Shown piece after piece: positions 50,886 to 60,509 of a DNA stretch of 64,000 bases. The DNA is from a virus: the IMG/VR virus record IMGVR_UViG_3300028800_000059, positions 32,001-96,000 of that record. One strand, written 5' to 3'. The notes below the pieces were generated by a model. It was not told where the DNA came from and ran no database searches. It worked only from the letters and a program-made list of their open reading frames with translations. Position 1 is the stretch's first letter. The number at the start of each line of letters is the position of its first letter. Made by a program: the position numbers and the translations under genes.

Positions 50886-53429
50886 CTAATTGAAAAAGTC
50901 AACAAGAGAAGATATATGTTCCACTTGCCATCCCATATTATCAAGAATGTCTTTTACCGGGTCCAGAAACGCCTTTTCAAATTGCGTGTCGTAATCAATA
51001 TATTTCTTCAAATCAAATTCGTCAGGCAACACGTTACCAAACGATATGACATGGGTTTGGAAATGATTGGGTTGTTTGATATACAGATATTTGATTTTTT
51101 CTCCCTCTTTGATTGTTGGATATTTGCCTGTCAGTTTCAATTCATTAAGTTTCGCATTGTATAGAATCGCTCCACGCACATGAATTGGTGTTCCTGACGC
51201 GAACATTTCGTTCTGTGTCTTGCCTCGAAATTTGGCCAATCCATTTATTCCTCGGGGAGAGGCAATTGCTTCGGCAGGAAGTTTATTGAATTCTTTTCGG
51301 AAGGCATCGATGAATTCGATAATTTCATCATTAGTTCCATTAAGCATGATATTGATGGCATCTTTAATCTTACTTCGGCAGACAGCAGGAGTTGATGATT
51401 TAACTGCCTCCAATCCAACGATCTTGATCTTGGGCTTTGCGTTTTTCACACCTTCATTCATATAAACGTTCAAGATATAATGCTTCTTGCCTGTCCAAAT
51501 TCCACGGTCCGCAATAACCTCTCGCTTCATAATCAATCGTTGCTCGTAGGCGTTCAAATAATCTTTTAATTCGTCGCAAACCTTTTCAACGTATGGCGCG
51601 ATTTTCTTTCTGTAGAGAACATTGATCAAATCGATAACTTCCCATTTATCACTAGGAATATTTCCATTATAATAGAATTCAACAATTTTCTCCATGTTGA
51701 TGTAAACCGAGTCGGTATCTGACGCAATCACATAATCAATTCCAGTGGTTTTCAAAGCCGCGTTCAAATATTCGTTTAAATGATTGATAATCCAACGAAT
51801 TGCAAGTTGTCCAGCCGTTGTAATACCAGCAGCAATTCGCACATCAAAAAATCTGAAATATTGATTTCCTGCGGCACCATAAAGAGAATTTGCAATAACT
51901 TTTTTGACTTTCTCCAACATACCATATCGAATAGCCTTGGCTTCTAAAACCTTTCGAACCACAGGATCGGTCGTTGTTTCAAGATCGGCTTTGGCTGCCT
52001 CGGCAATTTTCTTGTATCGATCACGATCATTGAAAACTTTTTCGACAAGCGTTGGAAGAAATCCTTTTTTACTTCTATCGAATGTTTGTCCATTTGGAGT
52101 CAAACATAAATTCTTGTCTTTCAATCCAATAAGAATATCTTGTTGGGCCAATAAAGATTCTACACTAACACCTTTAAATTCCGCAGTTGCCCTTAAAGTC
52201 TCAGGGCTCATGTTAAACATCATGATAAGACTTGGATACAGGGATTTAGCGTCAATCGAAACCACCCAATTAAATAATCCTGTTTGAGTTTCTTTTACAT
52301 AGGCGCCTTCATATTCGTTTTTGAAACTATCTTTCTTTGGTGGAAGAACCATATGTGTTTCGACAAAATGATTGAAGATAATAGTATCCCACATTCGGAC
52401 GGGATAATAGATATCTTCAAAATTTACCTTGGCATCATACGCCAATACAAGAGCCAAATCTATCAGCCCACGTTTCTTATCGATCTTATCCACAAGTGTT
52501 ACGTCCTGGATATTATAATCGATGAATTTTTGATGGTCTTTTTTGTAAAGTTGATGAAGTGATTCGTATTCTGAATAATCAGTTTTCTTTTCGCCTTCTA
52601 ATGTAACTGAGGCGATATGATCCAATGAATATGACTCTTGTGCAAAATCAGGGGCGAATTTCTGGAAAAGTTGCAGTCCATCCAACTGAGCCACCCCTAA
52701 AATTTCGTAGCAATCATACATTTTGCCACGAAACATCGTCTCTCTTTGTTTGACTATTTTCCAAGGAGAAAGTTTATCGGCTTCTTTCTGTCCTAGGACA
52801 TTTGCAATGCGTCGAACCAAATACACAATATCAAATGTGCGAAGATACCATCCAGTAACAATGTCTGGATAATCAGCCGACCATAATTTCAGAAATTTTT
52901 CAAGAAGGTCTTTTTCATCCACACAATGATAGTAACGAAGATTTGGAATGCCAGTATTGTTTGTCCAAGGCCCACATCCAAAAACATGATAAAAATCATT
53001 CAATTTGATTGTAATGGCTGTAACTTCTTCGGTGGCTAATTTCACATTAGGAAATCCGTGTTCCGATGCGACCTCGATATCCAATGATGCAATCAAAAGA
53101 TCGTCGCGTTTGCCATGAATTTCGCCAGGGAAATTATCAGCTATGAATGAATATTCGAAACGTGTCTGACCATAAATTGTAAAGTCAGACACGTCTTTAT
53201 ATGTTTCGATGAATTTACGGGCGTCTTTGATCGTTCCTGGAACAATCGATTCAACAGGTTCGCCTAGATGTGTTGTCCATTTTGGGATTTGAGTTTTTTG
53301 CGTAGGGACAAAAAGAGTCGGACGGAAATCTCGATCCGTCCTATTATATCTCTTTCCATTTTCATCAACACCACGTAAAAGAACCTTATTGCCATAGACG
53401 GCAACAGAAGTATAATATCCTTTGCTCAT
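50886..53429 (-). CDS. 43: Family B DNA polymerase (T4 gp43-like)
   Basis: SLDIEV exonuclease motif, DAKSLYPS, K...NSLYG, SDTDSVY, KKHYILNV. Confidence 0.97.
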   Translation of the reverse strand: MSKGYYTSVAVYGNKVLLRGVDENGKRYNRTDRDFRPTLFVPTQKTQIPKWTTHLGEPVESIVPGTIKDARKFIETYKDVSDFTIYGQTRFEYSFIADNFPGEIHGKRDDLLIASLDIEVASEHGFPNVKLATEEVTAITIKLNDFYHVFGCGPWTNNTGIPNLRYYHCVDEKDLLEKFLKLWSADYPDIVTGWYLRTFDIVYLVRRIANVLGQKEADKLSPWKIVKQRETMFRGKMYDCYEILGVAQLDGLQLFQKFAPDFAQESYSLDHIASVTLEGEKKTDYSEYESLHQLYKKDHQKFIDYNIQDVTLVDKIDKKRGLIDLALVLAYDAKVNFEDIYYPVRMWDTIIFNHFVETHMVLPPKKDSFKNEYEGAYVKETQTGLFNWVVSIDAKSLYPSLIMMFNMSPETLRATAEFKGVSVESLLAQQDILIGLKDKNLCLTPNGQTFDRSKKGFLPTLVEKVFNDRDRYKKIAEAAKADLETTTDPVVRKVLEAKAIRYGMLEKVKKVIANSLYGAAGNQYFRFFDVRIAAGITTAGQLAIRWIINHLNEYLNAALKTTGIDYVIASDTDSVYINMEKIVEFYYNGNIPSDKWEVIDLINVLYRKKIAPYVEKVCDELKDYLNAYEQRLIMKREVIADRGIWTGKKHYILNVYMNEGVKNAKPKIKIVGLEAVKSSTPAVCRSKIKDAINIMLNGTNDEIIEFIDAFRKEFNKLPAEAIASPRGINGLAKFRGKTQNEMFASGTPIHVRGAILYNAKLNELKLTGKYPTIKEGEKIKYLYIKQPNHFQTHVISFGNVLPDEFDLKKYIDYDTQFEKAFLDPVKDILDNMGWQVEHISSLVDFFN

Positions 53430-53438
53430 TAAGGACTA

Positions 53439-53467
53439 ATTATACTGTATTAAGATGGCAGTATCAA
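53439..53467 (-). promoter_or_regulatory. Sigma70-type promoter TTGATA-17-TATAAT for gene 43
   Basis: Near-consensus with 17-nt spacer. Confidence 0.7.
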
Positions 53468-53839
53468 GCCTGGTTTTTTGACGGCAACAATTCCCGTAGT
53501 CACTTGAATATATGCATCAGTCATGCCTTCCACAGGATCGGCTATGAACAAAATATGTTGTTCCTTGATTGTCAGGCCGTCTTTCTTATCAACATATGGA
53601 ACCCAAGGAAGAAACCCAACACCTGCTTTTGCCTGAGGATTTGCTGGTGGTTGAACAATTACGACCAATGGATTATAAATTTTGATGGCACCAGGACCCA
53701 TATCATCAACGCGGCCAATAAGTTCCTCACCAGTCAAAAGCCGTACAAATTTAATTGACGGCTGACTGGTTATAGGCATTGCCACCACATCCCCAATTTT
53801 CTTATCGGCAACGCTTGAAATTGCTTCGGTTGTCATCAT
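53450..53839 (-). CDS. Conserved T4-like Sm-like-fold hypothetical protein (start uncertain)
   Basis: VRLLTGEELIG...NPL...GFLPWVPY; located upstream of gene 43. Confidence 0.65.
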   Translation of the reverse strand: MMTTEAISSVADKKIGDVVAMPITSQPSIKFVRLLTGEELIGRVDDMGPGAIKIYNPLVVIVQPPANPQAKAGVGFLPWVPYVDKKDGLTIKEQHILFIADPVEGMTDAYIQVTTGIVAVKKPGLILPS

Positions 53840-54004
53840 TTTTTTGTCTCCACGGGTTCCAAAACATGATCATACACGCCCAAAGGAACCCATCTTTGTG
53901 GATAGTATGAAGACTTGTCCTTCCAATCTTCGGGATTGGGAGTCAGGGGATCGTCAAGAAGTCCCCATAAAACATATTTTTTGTCGTACTGTCGAAATAC
54001 TAAA

Positions 54005-54826
54005 TCATGTTGCATTAATATATCCTTCGTAATCTAAGATAGTTGGTATGTATTTCCAGCCTTGATTTACAAATTTATCATACCTATTCGATTTAATATC
54101 AGAATACATAGGAATCAAATATTTGTTTTCGATGGCCCACATGGTATATGGATGAATTTTCAATTTTTCTTCATTGAAATCATACCAGGCCCGGCAATGA
54201 GCAAAATCAAATTGTTCTGTGACTTGTTTAGGCTCGCCACAAAACTTAGGATCGATAATAAGTTGATAATGACCATTTTTGTCCATCGGCAATTTTGGAT
54301 AATTCAAATCAATGGCTGCCATAGGATTGATTTCAAAATAATTAGAGACTTTTTCTTTAATGTATTTTTTTGAATTTGTTGAAAACAATGCCGTGAATGC
54401 CTGGGCAATATTTTCATCATAGAAAAATATGTCGGCGTCACTTAATACAGCAGATAGGTCAAGAACATCCCCAGCCAATGTCTCAGGAGTAAACTTTTTT
54501 ATTTTAATGTCTCGTACCAAATCATAAAGTCTAGGAATAATTCCACCAGATATGTATAGTTCATATTTATGTGGATCGGCTATATAATCAGTCAATGAAA
54601 ACCAAACAGTTTTGGATCGTCCTCTATGTGGTGTTATTGCAATAAGGTGGTTATAGAAATAATTATCGGTTTTATCGAGAGCCGCCAAATCAAACACCCA
54701 ACTTTTTTTGAATGCTCGCAATAAACAAGATACTGTTTTCCATTTGAATTGAACATCAGGATCAACACTAATTGCCAACATAGATTGGGTTGGTTTGGTA
54801 GTCATGGCGATATTGATTTTTTTCAT
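54005..54826 (-). CDS. Pol-beta-superfamily nucleotidyltransferase-like phage protein (start reassigned to MKKINI)
   Basis: ISGG...DADIFF and QFDFAHC..WYD....L.I motifs; own promoter. Confidence 0.5.
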   Translation of the reverse strand: MKKINIAMTTKPTQSMLAISVDPDVQFKWKTVSCLLRAFKKSWVFDLAALDKTDNYFYNHLIAITPHRGRSKTVWFSLTDYIADPHKYELYISGGIIPRLYDLVRDIKIKKFTPETLAGDVLDLSAVLSDADIFFYDENIAQAFTALFSTNSKKYIKEKVSNYFEINPMAAIDLNYPKLPMDKNGHYQLIIDPKFCGEPKQVTEQFDFAHCRAWYDFNEEKLKIHPYTMWAIENKYLIPMYSDIKSNRYDKFVNQGWKYIPTILDYEGYINAT

Positions 54827-54835
54827 GTTCCCAAC

Positions 54836-54864
54836 ATTATAAAGGAAAAACTTGGTAGATTCAA
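54836..54864 (-). promoter_or_regulatory. Sigma70-type promoter TTGAAT-17-TATAAT
   Basis: Near-consensus with 17-nt spacer. Confidence 0.7.
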
Positions 54865-55400
54865 TTGAAATAATTATCGTATTCGATTGCGAAATCGGTA
54901 CATATAGCACTTGATTTTGTAATATCACCAGTAGGAATTTTTTTTCCATATGCCGTAGTAAATTCTGTTTTCAGCATTTCTGGTAGCACACAAACCGAAC
55001 CATGAAAAGGAACAACATTCAAATTATTCCAAATAAGACTTGAATTGTCGGATTTGTTTTTTACCAAAACGGCCTGGTCATTCTCATGCCAAAAATAATT
55101 GGCCTTTGTGATTCCAGAATATACAGGACTATTCAAAACTTTGAGTGCTTCTAGATTTTTACAATGAAGCCACAAGGAAGAACGATTAAGAAATTCCTCA
55201 TCCACTACATATGTCGCACAATCATGCCCAAGATACCAAAGTGGTTGTTGCGGTTGATTTTTCTTTACTGATCCTTGAAAACACCAAACATCTACTTCAA
55301 CATCAAAACCTAAAGTCAAAGCTTCCATGATTGTTGATGGATGATTTTCTCCCGATGGATTTGGACCTTTTATGTTTCCTCTGTGTGCGATGATTTTCAT
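54861..55400 (-). CDS. Glycerophosphodiester phosphodiesterase-like protein
   Basis: IIAHRGN..GP....EN, GFDVEVDVW, LGHD, LWLHCKN, ICTDF. Confidence 0.75.
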   Translation of the reverse strand: MKIIAHRGNIKGPNPSGENHPSTIMEALTLGFDVEVDVWCFQGSVKKNQPQQPLWYLGHDCATYVVDEEFLNRSSLWLHCKNLEALKVLNSPVYSGITKANYFWHENDQAVLVKNKSDNSSLIWNNLNVVPFHGSVCVLPEMLKTEFTTAYGKKIPTGDITKSSAICTDFAIEYDNYFN

Positions 55401-56086
55401 TTTTTCACCTGAAACCAAAGCCAATAGGCATGTTCATCGGAACACGGCGTCCGTAGCATCGAATTGTAATCCTTAAACCCCATGTCTATCAAATCAAGTT
55501 TCAAAAAATCTTCGTTTGTAATTGACACGTCTCGTCCCCCATTGGTGCTTGTGGCATGATATTCATTGGCATAATAATCTACCGAATTGTTTCGCCCACC
55601 AAATCCCATCTGAGCGCAAAAAGAACCACCTGGTTTCAACACGCGATAGATTTCTTGCATGATTGATTTGCGAATTTCATGGCAGCAAATATGCTGCAAA
55701 CAGATAACGGAAAACACAACATCATATGTATCGTTTGGAACATCGATTGTTTTGCCGTCGTTGGCAAATAGAAGTCCTTTAGCGACACCACAAGAATCTT
55801 TATATAGTTTAGCTTTCTTGATATTTTCTTCGGCAATATCAATGCCATCGACCCGTTCAAATCGATTGGCGAATCGCACTAGGTTTCTCCCAGGACCACA
55901 TCCATATTCCAGGGCAACTAATCCTTGCGTGTCTATATTCCGAAAAAGAATATCATCGTAATCAGGCCAACTTTCATGAAGATGCCAATTACCTACGACC
56001 GGGTCCTTGTTCTGCAACGACCAACGCGATGCATCGGCCTCATAATATCGTTTTTGCATGTCTAGATAATCTTCTACTCCAACCAT
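55397..56086 (-). CDS. Class I SAM-dependent methyltransferase
   Basis: LEYGCGPGRN, GIDIA, YDVVFSVICLQHI, RVLKPGG. Confidence 0.9.
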   Translation of the reverse strand: MVGVEDYLDMQKRYYEADASRWSLQNKDPVVGNWHLHESWPDYDDILFRNIDTQGLVALEYGCGPGRNLVRFANRFERVDGIDIAEENIKKAKLYKDSCGVAKGLLFANDGKTIDVPNDTYDVVFSVICLQHICCHEIRKSIMQEIYRVLKPGGSFCAQMGFGGRNNSVDYYANEYHATSTNGGRDVSITNEDFLKLDLIDMGFKDYNSMLRTPCSDEHAYWLWFQVKK

Positions 56087-57495
56087 TAGATTTTTCCTTT
56101 ATAATGTTCTAAGAAATAATTTAGGTCCTCTGGTGTTCCAAGACCCCACATTTTTTCAATGTCCTTCGTGCGAATCTTTCCAGTAAATTCATTGAACACA
56201 GGTGCCACATAAAACTCACCATTGGTTCTAATATTTTTCCGAACCATTTGAGCAAAACAAGTTCTATAATGTCCAGCCTTCGACCAGTAGTAAACACCAC
56301 ATGTTGCATGATTTGAAATGACTTTTTTCTCAGCAACTTCTTTGACAAATCCATCATCATCCAAAGCAGCATATGACCATTTGGGATGCATGGATTCAAA
56401 AGTCAGAATACCTCCGCCAATATCTGGCTGAGAGAAGGCATACATACACTCGTTTACATTCCATTCAAGAAATTGATCCGAATTGGCAATCACCAAAGGA
56501 TATTCATTGAATTCATCATTACAAAAAGAATACAATGCAGTATCTACAGTAACAGCAGCACCTTCCGTCACATGATCCAAAGCAACAATTTTACAATTTG
56601 GACGAAGCAATTTCAAAAATGGTGCCATGTTATAACGATCCAGATGTTCTTTTTGGACCACGAAAATATGCCGCGCATTAGGCATATTCAAATTTTCCAC
56701 GACTACTTGAATCATGGGCTTGCCGTGAACTTCAATCAGGGGCTTAGGAAATGTGTAGCCCGCAGCAGCGAAACGAGAACCCATCCCTGCCATAGGAATG
56801 ACCACAGTAAGGCTAGAGTCCAACCAAGGCACATTAGGACGAATTTCAACTTCCGCATTTTCGACCTCTGTCATTTTTTCAAACAACTCCTCCACTGGAA
56901 TTTCACAAACTTTAGTTACGGGAATTAGTATCGCTCCTGATTCTCTAACGGCAATGCGGCCAATATGACTATCTTCTAAAATGATAGTAGTTCTAGGAAC
57001 AGCACCAAAAAAATTCATGCACCGCCAATACATTTCAGGATGTGGTTTGGAATGTTCGACTTTATCATTCGACACATAGAAATCTGTAGTGGTGGCAATT
57101 CCAAGCGACAAAAGAGATTGATACACTGTATTATTTACGGCATTAGATGCCACGGCGATTTTCCAACCCTTAGATCGAATTGTATTAAATAATTCGATCA
57201 ATTTTGGATTCTTCTGAATATTTCTTCGCAACAGAACGTTGGTTATGTCTTGCTTACGTTCGGCTATTTCCTTATGAAAACAGGCCGGAAGATTCTTATT
57301 GATCGTAAGCAATTCAAGTTTTTTTCTGGTGGGCAACCCATCATACGTCGATAGATGTTCCTCGCGTGTAATATACACATTACAAGGCTTCAAGGCTTCA
57401 TTTAAAGCCTCGTAATGGAGTTCCCGCGAATCAATGAGAACACCATCCAAATCGAAAATAACTAATTTAGGATACGTATCTGATTGTTCGGCCAT
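56086..57495 (-). CDS. HAD phosphatase fused to a nucleotidyltransferase (NTP_transferase/GT-A)
   Basis: IFDLDGVL, KPHPEMY, EDSHIG; then VIPMAGMGSRF...PKPLI, NSDQ, GLGTPEDL. Confidence 0.88.
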   Translation of the reverse strand: MAEQSDTYPKLVIFDLDGVLIDSRELHYEALNEALKPCNVYITREEHLSTYDGLPTRKKLELLTINKNLPACFHKEIAERKQDITNVLLRRNIQKNPKLIELFNTIRSKGWKIAVASNAVNNTVYQSLLSLGIATTTDFYVSNDKVEHSKPHPEMYWRCMNFFGAVPRTTIILEDSHIGRIAVRESGAILIPVTKVCEIPVEELFEKMTEVENAEVEIRPNVPWLDSSLTVVIPMAGMGSRFAAAGYTFPKPLIEVHGKPMIQVVVENLNMPNARHIFVVQKEHLDRYNMAPFLKLLRPNCKIVALDHVTEGAAVTVDTALYSFCNDEFNEYPLVIANSDQFLEWNVNECMYAFSQPDIGGGILTFESMHPKWSYAALDDDGFVKEVAEKKVISNHATCGVYYWSKAGHYRTCFAQMVRKNIRTNGEFYVAPVFNEFTGKIRTKDIEKMWGLGTPEDLNYFLEHYKGKI

Positions 57496-58249
57496 AAAAC
57501 TTCGCGACCTCCGTTAGAACCGATTGAGGAATTTCTTCTAGTGCCCATTTGTTTGGACGATTTGCCTTGGCAATTGAATATGGATTGAAATATAGACCAT
57601 GTCTCATTTTAAATGTCGTAGACCATTGCACATCCTCGTCTAATCCCCACGTCAGAGTTTCATCAAAAGGACAGTCCAATAACACTTCGCGTTTAGCGAC
57701 GATATAGCCACCACTAACATACTGGGTTTGTTCCATGCCTCTCACATTATAAGGCAATCCACAAATATATTTTGGATCGCCATTAATATGGCCTAGATGC
57801 CCAAACATATGTGGATTTGTTCGCCAGAAGCGATGCATATAATCAGGATTGACGAGCCAATCAGAATGTCTCTGGCCTTCTTTGTTCACAAGAGGATTAC
57901 AACACACATCCCAATGATATCCGAATTCTTGAAAGCCTTCCAGCCAATCCGGCTCTAACAAATAATAATCATGCAATATACACACATTAGAATAAGTGGC
58001 CTTGGCTGCAATTATATTTTTCTTTTTAGTAATCCAACCAGGTCTTTCGTTTTCATCAAAATTAACATGCAGCCAGTTTGAGCCGAATAAACATTTATGT
58101 CTATTACTAGGATCGCTTCCATTGTCACCAACAAGAATAATTTCACATATATCTCTTGGAACCTGGGAATAAATCGATTCAACTAAGTCAGTGACTCCCT
58201 GCCTGTTTTTCCCGTCAGTTATAATTCCAAAGGTCCAGGAGTTAGACAT
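57467..58249 (-). CDS. GT-A fold glycosyltransferase (family 2-like; start reassigned to MSNSWTF)
   Basis: FGIIT, EIILVG, WITKKKN, ILHDY, EDVQWS. Confidence 0.75.
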   Translation of the reverse strand: MSNSWTFGIITDGKNRQGVTDLVESIYSQVPRDICEIILVGDNGSDPSNRHKCLFGSNWLHVNFDENERPGWITKKKNIIAAKATYSNVCILHDYYLLEPDWLEGFQEFGYHWDVCCNPLVNKEGQRHSDWLVNPDYMHRFWRTNPHMFGHLGHINGDPKYICGLPYNVRGMEQTQYVSGGYIVAKREVLLDCPFDETLTWGLDEDVQWSTTFKMRHGLYFNPYSIAKANRPNKWALEEIPQSVLTEVAKFYGRTIRYVS

Positions 58250-59231
58250 GCTTTGCAGCTTCCTTGACACAGGCCCGCACACTTCGCACCAAAGAGGTTG
58301 GCGCCTCCCATCCAAGTTCTTTCTTCATTCGGCGAACATCAGGAACACGATGTTCAACATCATTTGGAAATGCTGGAAGATGTTTAAATGCCAACTTTGA
58401 ATACGGATCAATAAGACCTTGGTCAATGCCTTCATCATGAATCATGCGAGCTAATTTCTTCATAGATACTTCTTCATCGCGTCCGACATTAAACACTTTG
58501 TTTAAAGTTTTAGGATCATCCGAATATTTTACGATGGCATCGACAACATCATCAATCCATGTGAAACATCTTACTTGTTCTCCATTACCAAAAACAGACA
58601 AAGGATTTTGTTTCTCGATAATAATAGAATTTATGAAATCAGCAAAAACATGAGAAAATCCTTGCGTGGGTTGGGCCTGTTCATATGGTGTAATGATATT
58701 GAAGGGGCGCCATATGGTATATTCCATTTCATAATCTTTATGATATGATTCGACCAATCTTTCGCCTGTATATTTTGAAAGACCATAATCAGTCATAGGA
58801 ACAGGAATTGGAAATATATTTTCAATTACAGATCGATCTAACGACGGACCATGAAAATGGGCATGATCTTTTTCATAGACCATCGAAGAAGAAATATACA
58901 CAAATCTTCCAGGACAAATGGCTGACCAAAGATTAAGAGCATTGATTTGAACTGTCAAGTCATTAGTCAAGATATTTGCGCCATTATTATTAAATCCGGC
59001 TACGCCATACACAGTAGCGGCGCCTTGAATGCATAAATTCCATCCTTCGGCCATAATATCAGCCAATCGATCTGTATCATAAGCCAAATCAATTTTTTCA
59101 TCGATGCCAATTAAATCGGCTCGATCCAAAGAACGCACATAATGTCCTTGGTCACGATATTTTTTGGCTACGGCGCCCATAAGTGATCCAGCGCCACCTA
59201 ATACTAAAACTTTTTTTGTATCATTGCTCAT
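58242..59231 (-). CDS. NAD-dependent nucleotide-sugar epimerase/dehydratase/decarboxylase (ArnA/UXS-like SDR)
   Basis: GGAGSLMG, YISSSMVY, YGLSK, RPFN, GEQVRCFTWIDD. Confidence 0.88.
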   Translation of the reverse strand: MSNDTKKVLVLGGAGSLMGAVAKKYRDQGHYVRSLDRADLIGIDEKIDLAYDTDRLADIMAEGWNLCIQGAATVYGVAGFNNNGANILTNDLTVQINALNLWSAICPGRFVYISSSMVYEKDHAHFHGPSLDRSVIENIFPIPVPMTDYGLSKYTGERLVESYHKDYEMEYTIWRPFNIITPYEQAQPTQGFSHVFADFINSIIIEKQNPLSVFGNGEQVRCFTWIDDVVDAIVKYSDDPKTLNKVFNVGRDEEVSMKKLARMIHDEGIDQGLIDPYSKLAFKHLPAFPNDVEHRVPDVRRMKKELGWEAPTSLVRSVRACVKEAAKHV

Positions 59232-59234
59232 TTT

Positions 59235-60509
59235 TTAATCTAAATCCCTTTTAAAATAAAATCCATCTGGTGTATCAAGATTCCAAAAATTCCAAGCATC
59301 CACTAAAAGAGTTCCTATTGGAACTTGATCTAATAATCTACGCCAATCCTTAAATATGACATGTGGAGTCATAAGAAAAATTATATCACAATCTTTTATT
59401 CCTTCTGGTGGTGCGGAATACAAATATGGGTCCACGCAAACAACTTCAATGCCTTCCATCTGTGCAATCTTTTTCAACTTGAAGGACAGACTATTTCTTG
59501 GATCGTCACAATCAGCCTTGAATGTCATGCCAAGGATGGCTATTTTTTTAGGTGTTTTTCCATCCCAAAATTTAAATTCTTTTTTGGCTTTATCAAAAAG
59601 AAACTGTGGCATTCCTTCGTTGATATTAAATGCTGTTGATATCAATCCATTGAATGGAGAATTTTTTAGAAGAAATTTACCGTCTTTGAAAAGACAGGGA
59701 CCACCGACATTTGGACCTGGTAAAGGTAAATGAGCAAGCCTTGGATAATCTTCCTTGGCCGTTTCAATGACCTTATGCATATCAATTCGATCTTCTTCGG
59801 TAGAAAGTCTATCGGCCAACATATAAAACTCATTCGCCAAGGCAAATTCTACATAACGAGCCATGTTGGTTACAAGTTTGGCACATTCGGCTTCGCGATA
59901 TGTCAGCCATTTTAAATTTGTTACTCCCATAGGGAAGAAAAATTCTTCGGCCAACGGTTTAAATATTTCTCCTCCATCAGCATCTATTCCTATAATCTGT
60001 GGAAGTTTTGTTATTTCTTCATAGGCGCGAGTTTGCAAAACTCTTTCTGGAGCATAAATCAAATATGCACAGGTGTCTGCCTTCCTGAGTTTTTTCAATA
60101 ATATTTCAGAAACGCCAGGAGCAACAGTAGAACGCAAAATAACAAGAACCCTTTTTGCTCGATTGATGTTTGGAATCAATTCTTCATCAAAATATTTGAT
60201 AATATCATCCACTCGCCCATTGCCTTCGGCATCGACAGGAGTGCCCATGGTAATGACGACATAATCACACTCCTTTAAAACACCACTATAATTTCTGAGA
60301 CGGATTGTTCCATTATACAATCCTTTTTCCAAATCAGAATATATTTCGTCTCCATATTCGATAAAAGGAAGTTCACCAGAAACAATCGTGTTCAATGCCT
60401 TTTCGTTTTTATCTATGATGTAAACCACATGCGCCTTGCTGGCAGCAATAGCAAAAGGCAGGCCAACATGGCCTGCCCCACCAACAACCGCAACAGTTTT
60501 ACTAGACAT
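59235..60509 (-). CDS. Nucleotide-sugar 6-dehydrogenase (UDP-glucose/GDP-mannose family)
   Basis: GAGHVGLP, GTP, RSTVAPG, PERV, GGPCLFKD, LGMTFKADCDDPRNS. Confidence 0.92.
   Translation of the reverse strand: MSSKTVAVVGGAGHVGLPFAIAASKAHVVYIIDKNEKALNTIVSGELPFIEYGDEIYSDLEKGLYNGTIRLRNYSGVLKECDYVVITMGTPVDAEGNGRVDDIIKYFDEELIPNINRAKRVLVILRSTVAPGVSEILLKKLRKADTCAYLIYAPERVLQTRAYEEITKLPQIIGIDADGGEIFKPLAEEFFFPMGVTNLKWLTYREAECAKLVTNMARYVEFALANEFYMLADRLSTEEDRIDMHKVIETAKEDYPRLAHLPLPGPNVGGPCLFKDGKFLLKNSPFNGLISTAFNINEGMPQFLFDKAKKEFKFWDGKTPKKIAILGMTFKADCDDPRNSLSFKLKKIAQMEGIEVVCVDPYLYSAPPEGIKDCDIIFLMTPHVIFKDWRRLLDQVPIGTLLVDAWNFWNLDTPDGFYFKRDLD

Noticed and set aside
27244-53429. Introns or inteins in nrdJ, gene 41 or gene 43
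   Set aside because: Lengths (641, 495 and 847 aa) and continuous motif order leave no room for an insertion.
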